NCBI RefSeq assembly: GCF_001194135.2
Contig: NC_068990.1
Location: forward strand, 70,476,452 to 70,540,451
Direction of reading: 5' to 3'
DNA from: Octopus bimaculoides
Lineage: Eukaryota
Length of the DNA stretch: 64,000 nt
The notes beneath the pieces are model-generated. The model saw only the letters and a list, made by a program, of their open reading frames with translations, did not search any database and was not told the origin of the DNA. Of the stretch, positions 53,306 to 64,000 are shown piece after piece; positions within the stretch are counted from its first letter, which is position 1, and each line of letters opens with the position of its first letter. The position numbers and the translations under genes are program-made.

Positions 53306-54821
53306 ATTAAGGTGTCGAGCTGGTAGAATTGTTAGCACGCTGGACGAAATCCTTAGTGGTATTTCTCCCGTTGCTACATTCTGAGTTCAAATTTTGCCAA
53401 GATCAACTTTACCTTTCATTCTTTCAGGGTCGATAAATTAAGTACCAGTTGCATACTGAGGTCGATCTACTCGACTGGCCTCCTCCCCCAAAATTTCAGG
53501 CCTTGTGCCTATAGTAGAAAGGATTATTATTATTATTAGGTGGTGAGCTGGCAGAATCGTTAGCATGCCGGGTGAAATGCTTAGCAGTATTTCATCTGTC
53601 TTTACATTCTGAGTTCAAATTCTACCATGGTCAACTTTGCCTTTCGTCCTTTCAGGGATGATAAAATAAGTACCAGTGAAGCACTGGAGTTGATGTAAAT
53701 GACTAGTCCCCTCTCCCCAAATTTCAGGTCTTGTGCCTTTAGTAGAAAGGATTATTATTATCATTATTATTATTATAATTATTGTTAAGGCAGCAAGCTG
53801 GCTGAATAATTAACATGCTGAGCAAAATACTTAGCAACGTTTAAATCCATCTTTACATTCTGAGTTCAAATTCTGCCAATGTCAATTTTGCTTGTCATTC
53901 TTTCAAGGTCAATGAAATAAGTACCAGTAGAATACTGGGATTTTTGTAATTGACTTATCCCCTCCCCTGAAGTTACTGGCCTTGTACCAAAATTTGAAAT
54001 CATTATTATTATTATGGTGGTGGTGGTGGTGAACTAACAGAATCATTAGTGTTTCAGACAAAATATTTAGTGATACTTATTCTTTATGATTTAAGTTCAA
54101 ATTCTGTCAAAGTCAACTTTGTCTTTCATCTTTTTTGAAGTTGATGAAATAAGTGAACTGGGATTGATAAAATTGACTTGTTCACACCCAACAAAATTTC
54201 AGGCCTTGTATCTACAGTGGAAAGGATTATTATTAATGTTATTATTATTAAGAACGGTGGAATGGTAGAATTGTTGGAACATCAGATGAAATACTTTGCC
54301 GTATTTAGTTACAGTTCTTTATATTTTGAATTTAAATCCCATTGATATCAACTTGCTTTCATCCTTATCATCATCATCATCGTTTAATGTCCAGCTTCCA
54401 TGCTGGCATGGGTGGGATGGTTTGACAAGAGCTGGCCAGGCAGAAGCCTGCACTAGACTTCTGTAACTGTTTTGGCAGGATTTTTACAGCTAGATGCCCT
54501 TCCTCACACTAACCACTCAGCAGAGTGGACTTAGTGCTTTTTACGTGGCACAAGCACAGGCATGGTCAGTTTTGGTTAGGTTTTTATAGCTGGATGTCCT
54601 TCCAAATGCCAACCATTTTACGCTGTGGACTGGGTGCTTTTAAGTGGCATCTGCACTGACAGGGTCACCAATTACTTGTGAGACAAAAAAAAAAACTGTT
54701 TTGAGAAGGAAGGGGACATTGAAGGAGATGATCTTGTGTCGGACGATGAAAGTTTATAGTGAGGCACAGAGAGAGAGAAACAGTCGTCTTATTGTAGAGG
54801 AGGTACAAGGTTACCCAATGT

Positions 54822-54853
<32 letters not shown>

Positions 54854-56190
54854 TCAGAATGAAGACTTATGGGTTTGAAAAAATAAAATACCAATAAGAT
54901 TGAAGTACAGGAGTTAATTTAATTGACTATTCTTCTCCTCCAAAATTTCTGTCCTTACTCCTGTGTTAGAAACACTTATTATTATTAANNNNNNNNNNNN
55001 NNNNNNNNNNNNNNNNNNNNNNNNNNNNNNNNNNNNNNNNNNNNNNNNNNNNNNNNNNNNNNNNNNNNNNNNNNNNNNNNNNNNNNNNNNNNNNNNNNNN
55101 NNNNNNNNNNNNNNNNNNNNNNNNNNNNNNNNNNNNNNNNNNNNNNNNNNNNNNNNNNNNNNNNNNNNNNNNNNNNNNNNNNNNNNNNNNNNNNNNNNNN
55201 NNNNNNNNNNTCCTCCAAAATTTCTGTCCTTACTCCTGTGTTAGAAACACTTATTATTATTAAGGTAGCAAGCTGGCAGAATCATTGGCATGCTGGATGA
55301 AATGCTTAGCAGTATTTTTCCTGTTGCTATGTTTTGAGTTCAAATTCTGCTGAGGTTGACTTTGCTTTTCATCTTTTCAGGGTTGATAAATTAAGTGAAA
55401 CAGTGAAACAGTGAAACACTAGGGTCAGTGTAATCGACTAGTCCCCTCCGATACAATTTCAGGCTTTGTGCCAATAGTAGAAAGGATTATTATTATTATG
55501 AAGCTGCAAGCTAGCAGAATTGCTAACACACTGGATAAGAAGCTTAGCAGCAGTTCATCTGTCCTTACATCCTAAGGTCATCTTTGCCTTTCATCCTTTC
55601 AGGTCAATAAAATAAGTACTAGTTGAGTACTGGAGTCAATGAAATCAACTAGTCCCCTCCCCCCAAAATCTTCAGGTCTTGTGGCTATAGTAGAAAGGAT
55701 TACTATTGCTATTAGTATTGTGTTTTTGCATTTGCGTTAATTTATACATGCTGCACCCAAGCCTCAATCACAGATGTTAAGAGATGTTACATCAAAAGAT
55801 GATAACAGATGTGGTGCCATGCAATTAAAAAATGAAAAAACCCTGATACTTGTGTAATAAAAAAAATATAATGCTGAATGAGTAAGGCTGCATTTACATG
55901 GAAAGGAATTTATGTGAAATATATGATACCCATAAATATGATTTTTGCAATTCACTTATTTTGAAGCTTATAATTATTATTATGATTATTATTAAGTCAG
56001 CAAGCTGGCAGAAGTGTAGCATGCCAGACAAAATGCTTAGCAGCATTTCTTCTAGCTTTGCATTCTGAGTTCAACTTCCACCGAGGGTGACTCTGACTCA
56101 TCCTTTCAGAGTTGGTAAAATAAGTACCAGTGAAATGCTGGTCAGTGTAATCAAATTACTGGACTTGAGCCAAAATTTGAAATCATTATC
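53306..56190 (+). mobile_element. Head-to-tail array of about 8 (ATT)n-tailed tRNA-like SINEs
   Basis: Units of about 210-240 bp start near 53311, 53540, 53787, 54020, 54251, 55262, 55500 and 55995. The 54251 copy is split by an RTE-tail insertion at about 54367-54880. Each unit has A-box-like ggcagaatcgttag, B-box-like gagttcaaattc and a terminal attattatt. Confidence 0.85.
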
Positions 56191-56209
56191 GTTATTATTA
56201 TCATTATCA

Positions 56210-56246
<37 letters not shown>

Positions 56247-56323
56247 CATCATTATTATTATTATTATTATCATCATCATTATTATTATTATTATTATTAG
56301 TAGTAGTAGTAGTAGATCTTCTT

Positions 56324-56410
<87 letters not shown>
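56186..56410. repeat. Compound trinucleotide microsatellite (ATT/ATC)n-(AGT)n-(CTT)n-(ATT)n
   Basis: Read directly. It produces the spurious poly-L/poly-I ORF 56087-56629. Confidence 0.95.
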
Positions 56411-57779
56411 TGTTTTAGTTTTACTATTTGCTTTCACTACAAAACCATGTGCAGCTCCTTGAACTTTAGGCGTTTTGAAAATACTCTATACTATGTGTGC
56501 ATTGTCTTGCAGTGCTATTTACTGTGTATTATGTATATGTGTGTGTATACCTATTACAATTTTTACACAGTTCCCAATGAACAATGCCTGCAATGTTGTC
56601 ATGCCTCCTTTTATGTTTTCTTTATGTAACTCTGTTACATTCACTCCTCACTCTGTAGATAATACTTTCACCTTTTTCTTCTCAGAGTTTACATACAATA
56701 GTCATTCGACATTCTTATCAAAGTGACATTTTACATATTTGTTTTAAGTTTTTGTTATTGTGCTGCATAGTTTAATGCTACAGTTCCAACTTTTAGATCT
56801 GACTTTTACATTTATGTCTAAATGGCTAGCTCATTTCCATCTTTTCTTATTTCATTTGTTAAGGAATGACCTTAGAGAAGATTCCTGGTATTCTACAGTA
56901 TGTTCATGTTGGAGAATTCGTCTAGACAGTAAATGTCAATTTTCACTCATGATTGCAAGTCGACATGCTACTTGGAATGCTTTGAGATTTTTCAAGTCAC
57001 CATATAATGTCTGATACTATATGTCCATGCTAACTGATATGTATCATCATGGTGGATAGGCTTTGTGTCAAAGGATCAATGTCTTTATCACATATTATAT
57101 ATAGCCTCATAGCTATAAATAAAGAATTTAAGAAATTTTTGACATCTGAAGTGACTATTAAAGAAAAAAGAAGGAAAAAAGAAAAAAATATGTCTGGTGG
57201 AACAAAGAGGAGAAATAGGATCAAATATATAAGAGTACTTTTTTTTTATTTAGCTGTAAAATTACGTAAGTAACTGAAGGGCCAAGAATTTTGTTCTACT
57301 CATTGCACTTATCAAACTATTTGATAAGTGCAGTGCACAGACCTCTTGGCTCTTGAGGGAAAAGAAATATCTTATTGTGTTGGTAGATAGACTGGGAATA
57401 GCAAGAATGAGGAAAAACATTATTATATAATAATAGTGTGAAATAAGGGAGAAGGATGTACGACAGAGAGGTATCTAGAAAAACAAATGTCAGTGTAGAA
57501 GTATGTTTGTTGGGGGTCAATAGTCAAAGCTAGGAGTAAATTACGCCAGTAGATTTTTAAAAAGTTGATGAGAGGCGATGAAAACAAGGAAAGAAATCAT
57601 GCATTGCCACACATACTTATGCATGTAAGTATATGTAGCAATGTATGCATATAATCAGTTCCTAATTTAGGCACAAAGCCAAAAATTTTGAGAGGAGGGG
57701 TTAGCTGACTCCATTACTTCCAGTAATTGACTAGTGATTTGTTTCATCAATCCAGAAAAGATGAAGGAAAAAACAAGAG

Positions 57780-58430
57780 AAAAAAAACCTTGTCTCATGT
57801 TTATCTAGAACATTGCTCTTATCTCTGATAAACTGTTCAAACATTACTTTTCCATTCCAACATATGTCTTTTTTACCTCTGTCCTGATCCTCTTATATTC
57901 TTCCTTATCAATGTAGTCTGCAGTTTCTACTACACTAAAGACCATAAACACCAACCAACAATTGTGTTGAGTTATTTGCCACATACCATTCCAAATGGTT
58001 CTTTTTATTTCTTATAAATTCTTCACAATTGATTCAATTTCTTCCATATTTCCTGACCAGATAAAGTCTATGTTGGTTTTTCTATTAAATCCTCCACATC
58101 TTCCTGTCTAACTTCTGAAGTTCTTCCTTATTTCCTTTTGAGTATCCTTCATCCATACCTCATTCTTGAAATCACTTGTGTATTTATATTGTTTCTTCCA
58201 TTTAATTTTTACTTCAGCATCACTTTTCTGGTATTCTTTTGCAAATTATCCCTTCATTCAAATCTCTTTGATGCTGTTGATTTCAAAGTTTTCCTAAATA
58301 TTTCTATCCATTGTCTTTGATACCCTTCATTGCTGCATATCACATAACACAATCCCATATGCTGATACCATCTTTCCTTCTTTTCATTATAAGCATACCA
58401 CAACATGTTATCTCTAATTCCATTCCAATG
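57780..58430 (-). mobile_element. Older, heavily decayed R4/Dong-like ORF remnant (post-RT region)
   Basis: Minus-strand fragments SAYGIV...MDRNI, HRLYLVRKYGR and EWKVMFEQFIRD...LDK resemble YgaGii.W..lDRk / dRLYlpRkeGGRG / W.ek.mHGQF.r of R4/Dong. Confidence 0.45.
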
Positions 58431-58747
58431 GTTTTGTTAAATAAATAGTTTTAACCAAAGAATCTTTCTAGTTTTCTCACTTCCAAACTTTAAAAATCAT
58501 CCATAAATAGAATATGGCTAGTACTAATCAAATACTGGGTGTGAAGTATCAATTTACTTCATCTCCTCAAAATTGCACACCTTATGCCTAAATTAGAAAC
58601 AATTATTATTATCTTTCAGTTTGAACTTCTTTTTCTAACACCTCAGATCAGATCGTTATAATAAATCCTAAATAACGACTAAATTCTCACAATTTATTTT
58701 GTACTGCATTTATATTATTCTTGTTATTTTCCATTTTTTTCCTCTAG

Positions 58748-58842
58748 TCTCTTACAATTCATGATGATAAAGTTGCTACAGTAACTGACTTAGGAACTCA
58801 GTTCTTCCTGGATGAAAACGATGTAAACTCTGGTTTAAATCG
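58748..58842 (+). CDS. UBA6: Internal coding exon of ubiquitin-like modifier-activating enzyme 6 (E1), N-terminal adenylation half-domain
   Basis: Strong acceptor ttttccattttttcctctag| and donor CG|gtaagc; 95 nt, phase 0 to 2, open frame SLTIHDDKVATVTDLGTQFFLDENDVNSGLNR. It aligns to recalled human UBA6 AVTIHDTEKCQAWDLGTNFFLSEDDVVNKRNR. The DLG-to-NR span is 19 aa as in UBA6, versus 17 aa in UBA1. Confidence 0.88.
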
Positions 58843-59117
58843 GTAAGCTGACACAGTTTTCTAATTTTCTCATTTGTTCCCCCAGGTCACACTCAACTCT
58901 GATAAGGTGAGAGTGGATGATGTAGTTCTTGATATACATAGAAAAATAAAGATTGGATGATTACAACCGAAACACTCTTAGTCATATGTCTGGTTGATCA
59001 AGACTGATCTGGACTGAAACACCACCACCATTGCCATTAGTGCCACAACAAATAACATTATATGATAACATATGAAGATGTTGAATCTGTTATAATATAC
59101 TATACAAACGTATGTGC

Positions 59118-59173
<56 letters not shown>

Positions 59174-59183
59174 NNNNNNNNNN

Positions 59184-59224
<41 letters not shown>

Positions 59225-59267
59225 TACATACATACATACATACATACATACATACACACACATACAC

Positions 59268-60077
59268 ATCATCATCATCATAATTTAATGTCCGCTTCCC
59301 ATGCTGGCATGGATCAGACGGTTTGACTGGGTAAGCTGGAGGGTTGCACCAAGTTCCAGTCTGGTTTGGCAGGGTTTCTATGGCTGGATGCCCATCCGAA
59401 CACCAACACTCTGAAAGTGTAAGGGGTACTTTTTACTTGCCACCGGCACAGGTGCCATTTACATGACACAAGCAATGGCCACAACTACGATTCCATGGGT
59501 GCCATTTGCATGATACTGGCAACAGCTATGACTAGGATTTTACTTGGCTTGGTAAGTCTTCTCAAGCACAGCACATTGCAAAAGGTTTCAGTCATTTGTC
59601 CATTGTCTCCGTGAGGCCATACATTTGAAGATCATGCTACCAGCAATGACCACGATTACAATTTCATGGGTGCCATTCACATGACACTAGCAACGGCCGC
59701 AAGTATGATTTCACTTGGCTTGATGAGTCTTCTAAAGCACAGCATAACACTAAAGGTCTCAGTCACTTATCATCACCTTTGTTAGGCCCAACATTTGTAG
59801 ATCATGCTTCACCATCTCATGTGTATACACACACACATATCATCATCATCATCATCGTTTAACGTCCGCCTTCCATGCTAGCATGGGTTGGACGATTTGA
59901 CTGAGGACTGGTGAAACCGGATGGCAACACCAGGCTCCAATCTAATTTGGCAGAGTTTCTACAGCTGGATGCCCTTCCTAACGCCAACCACTCCGAGAGT
60001 GTAGTGGGTGCTTTTACGTGCCACCGGCACGAAGGCCAGTCACACGGTACTGGCAACAGCCATGCTCAAAATGGTGT
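59268..60077 (-). mobile_element. Two adjacent RTE 3'-end fragments
   Basis: Tails at 59268 and about 59838. The first includes a duplicated segment homologous to the end of RTE ORF2 (compare 62975-63070). Confidence 0.75.
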
Positions 60078-60216
60078 GGAATGAAAACGAGGCTCTGGAT
60101 TGAAAACGAGGCTCAGGAATGAAAACGAGGCTCTGGAATGAAAACGAGGCTCTGGATTGAAAACGAGGCTCTGGAATGAAAACGAGGCTCTGGATTGAAA
60201 ACTTGGCTCTGGAATG
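60078..60216. repeat. 19-bp tandem repeat (GGAWTGAAAACGAGGCTCT) x about 7.3
   Basis: Units counted directly at 60078, 60097, 60116, 60135, 60154, 60173 and 60192, plus a partial unit at 60211. Confidence 0.95.
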
Positions 60217-60660
60217 TGCGGTTGATATATATTTTATTCGAAATGTACAGTATTATATATTCATTACAGCCAATCTTAACCAATCAGTTTCACACTAGGG
60301 ATTCAATGGAGTGTTAGGTAACAGTCCAGTTATGTAACCCCATGCTCATCAGAAGTAGCCATCTGGAATGAAATACGGCGAGTGCTCTCTATCGTTGTAA
60401 GTGAATAAACACATCTGGTTTGTGGTTGCTATGAGAAAGATGATGAAATGAGATGAGTAGGGGATTGAGTTAAGAGCTATGTTCCTTGATACCAAAACAT
60501 TGCCACTGGGGTAGTAATGTTGTAAGTCAGTAAGAGTTTCCGGGAAATGTGGGTGTCCTTAAGGTTGATGTTCTTGTGGAAATGGAATTTGTGTAGTGGT
60601 ACTATATGTATAACATTTGCAGGGAGTGTGAGCATAAACACACACACACACACACTCATG

Positions 60661-61536
60661 TATGTGGTCTGATCAATAAGTATCTGGACTATTACTATAG
60701 TAAAGAAACTAAAGCATGGAGAGTGAAGCTACTTGGCACAGATTGACCTTGAATTCTGCTGTGCATGCACACTAAGTTTTAATGTTTCTAACTCACTTCC
60801 ACTGTTTACAGCAGTGCTTGGAAAGAAGGTGTGTAGCATGTGATCATTGCATTGACCATGACAGAGAAAGTTGAGCAGAGAATCTGCAACAAATTTTGCC
60901 AAAAGCTTAGCAATACCTGCTCAGAGGGCTATGCAAAGTTTTTAAAAAGTTTTCATTGTTCTCAACACAATCAAGATCTTGTGCAACTGAAACCAGTGTG
61001 TCATTTTGGTCAGCCGAAAGCAGTTTTTGGCACAAACTTGTCAAGCATATGTCACATACCTAAATCTGCAGTGCTAATGGACTGAACTGAACTGTAACTA
61101 ATCTGCACATCCTCTGATAACTCACGGATGGTGATTCAACAATTTCCCCTCACGGCTGCACACACATCTGTGATGTTTTTCTCAGTTCTGCTGGTGGCAG
61201 ATCTCCCAAAATGTCAATATCAATATTATTTTGGCCATCTTGGAAATGTCTAAACCACTCATACACTTGTATATGGATCATACACTTTCTGCAACTTTGT
61301 GTAGGCTTCTGAGCAGGTATCGCCATGACAACTTTCTCTGTCATGGTCAATGCGACAATCACGTGCTGTACATCTTCCTTCCAAGCACTGTTGTAAACAG
61401 TGGAAGTGAGCTAGAATGTTTAAACTTAGTGCACACGCTCAGCAGAGTTCAAGATCAATCTTTGACAAGCAGCTTCACTCTGTGGGCATTAGTTTTGTTA
61501 CTATGGTAACAATCCGAATACTTATTGATCAGACCT

Positions 61537-61540
<4 letters not shown>
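60661..61540. mobile_element. Mariner derivative made of two inverted 5' halves
   Basis: Both ends read inward as ggtctgatcaataagtat...ttgaccatgacagagaaagttg (MTEKV). The plus arm runs to about 60940 and the minus arm from 61540 to about 60937. Confidence 0.85.
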
Positions 61541-61618
<78 letters not shown>

Positions 61619-61621
<3 letters not shown>

Positions 61622-62060
61622 CGTATTTGCTGGTGTATCAACCGCACTTTTTTTCTGGCAGGAAAATCCAGGAAAATGAGGTGCGGTTTATACACTGGTA
61701 CAAGGAAAAGTCGGTCTAAAACCCCAAAATTATTTCATGTAATTATCCAAGATTCACATGGTACCAGCTCCCCTTACAATTCTTGCCATTAAAACTAGTA
61801 CAAAAAATCTGTTTAAATATTCTTATTTCAGTGTCATCGTCCATTTTGTTCATCATACGCTCTTATAACATTATGCATTTCAAGCCAGTGTGCACTGGTG
61901 TCGTCTCAATCTCAGCTTCTGCTTTGATGGTGCTGCAGCCCTGTAGAAGCAGGATGTGTGCTAGTAGAAAAGTAGTGAGAATTTCTGTAAAGCCTTACCT
62001 TTTGTCCAACAAATGCACTATAATTGACAGCTGATCGCAATTTCCACTCACCCTCTGATT
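61619..62060. mobile_element. Possible Tc2/pogo-type DNA transposon remnant
   Basis: The terminus caccgtatttgctggtgtatcaaccgcactttttt resembles CCGTATTT..CG.GTATAA..CGCAC ends. Weak coding-like sequence follows. Confidence 0.45.
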
Positions 62061-62495
62061 TACCACGAATCACCTACAAGTTCGGTAATTCCCAGGTCTA
62101 CAACGTAAACAATTGTTGTTTGGTGACCCAGATGTTTGACTTATCTTGCAACATAGGAAAATGAGAGAGGGAGAGCTGTGCTTTATTCTTGAATGTGATT
62201 GATAAAATGCATTTATTGGGTAACAAGTAAATTAAAATGGAATATGAAAAATTATTTCATATGGGGGGGGGGGGCATAAGTGCATNNNNNNNNNNATATG
62301 AAAAATTATTTCATATGGGGGGGGGGGGCATAAGTGCATTTATTCAGAATCATCTTGGACTGGGATAGGTAAGTTTCATCGCCATCACCAATGCTACAAA
62401 GGAATACAAATCAAGTCAACCGGAAATTCATTACCGTACCTTAAAGTACTGGTAAGTGCACTGGTTTGTTTGCTTTTTGTAATATATCTTTGTAA

Positions 62496-64000
62496 ATCAT
62501 CATCATCATCGTTTAACGTCTGTTTTCCATGCTAGCATGGGTTGGACGGTTCGACAGGGGTCTGGGAGGTTAGGAGGCTGCACCAGGCTCCAGTCTGATC
62601 TGGCAATGTTTCTACAGCTGGATGCTCTTCCTAATGCCAACCACTCCGTGAGTGTAGTGGGTGCTTTTTATGTGCCACTGACACAGGGGCCAGAGGAGGC
62701 TGGCAATGGCCATGATCAGTTGGTGCTTTTTACGTGCCACCAGCACGAAAGCCAGTCAAGGCGGCACTGGCATAAGCCACATTCGGATGGTGCTTTTTAC
62801 ATGCCACCGGCATGGGGCTCACAACTGCAATTTCCGTTTGATTTTCATTTTGATGTTGATGTACTTAACTCAATAGATATCAAGCACAGCATGTCGCCCT
62901 ACGATCCAAGGTACTTTTGAATGGGCTGGGGCTGGTTATGCGAAGCTGGTGTAGGATATAGCTGTGAACTCACTTTATTTGTTGGGTCTTCACAGTCACA
63001 GCATATCTCCAGAGGTTTCGGTCTTTCGTCATTGCCTCTGTGAGGCCCAACGTTCGACGGTCATGATTCATTACCTCATCCCATGTCTTCTTGGGTCACC
63101 CTCTACCCTGGATTCCTGCAACTGTTTGGGAGTGGCACTTTTTCACACAGCTCTCCTCATCCATCTGTAGTACATGACCATACCAGCGCAAACATCTCTC
63201 TTGCACTCCACATCCGATGCTTCTTATGTCCAACATTTCTCTCAGGGCGCTTACACTCTGTCGTGTGTGCACACTGACATTACACATCCAGCGGATCATG
63301 CTAGCTTCATTTCTTTCAAGCCTACACATGCATCGTACAATCTACGTTTCACTCTGAGCAAGAAGACCTTTGTCACCAGTATGCATAGATGCTTTCTAAA
63401 CTTTGCCCAGGCTATTCTTATTCTAGTGGTAATACTCTCTGAGCATCCACCTCCACTACTAACTTGGTCACCCAGATAGCAGAAGTTATCTACTTCTAGT
63501 TTCTCCCCCTGGCATGTGATGGAATCTGTTTTCTGAGTATCTGTGGTGTTTATTGCCCCTGTACATATGCTGCACATGAAAGCTATCTTCCCGGTTAATC
63601 TTCCTTTGATGTTACTGCACCTCTTATGTGTCCATAGCTTACTCTGGGTACATCTTATGGAGTTTCTACCTACACCTTTTCTACAGATTGAGTAGGGCCA
63701 CCTACCTGAAGGGGTGTGTGATGAGTTTGCCTTCCTACTTACTACAACTTTGGTCTTTGCAACATTGACTCTAAGGCCTTTTGATTCTAAACCTTGCTTC
63801 CACACCTGAAATTTCTTCTCTAGTTCTGGTAGTGATTCTGCTATGAGAGCAAGGTCATCAGCATAGAGGAGCTCCCAGCGGAAACCTGTCTTCAATTCCT
63901 CTGTTATTGCCTGGAGGACTATGACGAATAAAAGGGGACTGAGGGCTGATCCTTAGTGGACCCCTACTTCTACCCAGAACTCTTTACTAAACTCATTGCC
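62496..64000 (-). mobile_element. RTE-clade LINE, 3' portion (RT C-terminal half, 3' UTR, (GAT)n tail); continues beyond the window
   Basis: VGVH*GSALSPLLFVIVLQAITEELKTGFRWELLYADDLALIAES...GLRVNVAKTKVV...FCYLGDQV...RIRIAWAKFR...CLRWYGHV...WRYAVTVKTQQ*. It has an in-frame stop in the QG motif and a frameshift, so it is inactive. Confidence 0.93.

Noticed and set aside
54936-55262. Direct repeat of about 50 bp flanking the gap
   Set aside because: Identical sequence on both sides of an N run is most likely a contig-overlap artefact.
53306-56190. tRNA gene cluster
   Set aside because: A/B-box-like motifs are present but no cloverleaf. The units are 210-240 bp with shared 3' bodies and tails, so they are SINEs.
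56087-56629. 180-aa Leu/Ile-rich ORF and many IYIY/CVCV/THTH/ERER ORFs
   Set aside because: Translations of microsatellites.
60285-60352. ctgatgag...gaaac on the minus strand as a hammerhead ribozyme
   Set aside because: Stem II pairing is poor and stems I/III could not be identified by eye.
62242-62340. 44-bp duplicate (atatgaaaaattatttcatatg(g)n cataagtgcat) around a short N run
   Set aside because: Typical scaffolding artefact at a homopolymer.

Overview
AT-rich eukaryotic DNA dense in microsatellites and decayed transposons, with several N gaps. The repeat landscape looks like an Octopus-type cephalopod genome, but this is inferred from repeat content only. Only one host coding exon is well supported: a 95-nt plus-strand exon at 58748-58842 (SLTIHDDKVATVTDLGTQFFLDENDVNSGLNR) that matches the N-terminal adenylation half-domain of the E1 enzyme UBA6. 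I could not find the flanking UBA6 exons, so most of the window is probably intron or intergenic DNA. The rest is decayed mariner (DD34D) and maT-type transposons, MITEs, LINE remnants (RTE, R4/Dong, Tx1/L1, CR1/L2 group) and at least three tRNA-like SINE families. The most notable structures are: a 14-bp minisatellite born inside a mariner transposase ORF; a mariner built from two inverted 5' halves; head-to-tail arrays of an (ATT)n-tailed SINE next to a Dong/R4 fragment; several long near-perfect hairpins; and a possible in-frame 21-nt microexon 43 nt after the UBA6 exon. I see no CRISPR array, rRNA or real tRNA gene, and no convincing new multi-gene system. Most ORF-track entries are artefacts of gaps or microsatellites. 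TE boundaries are approximate.
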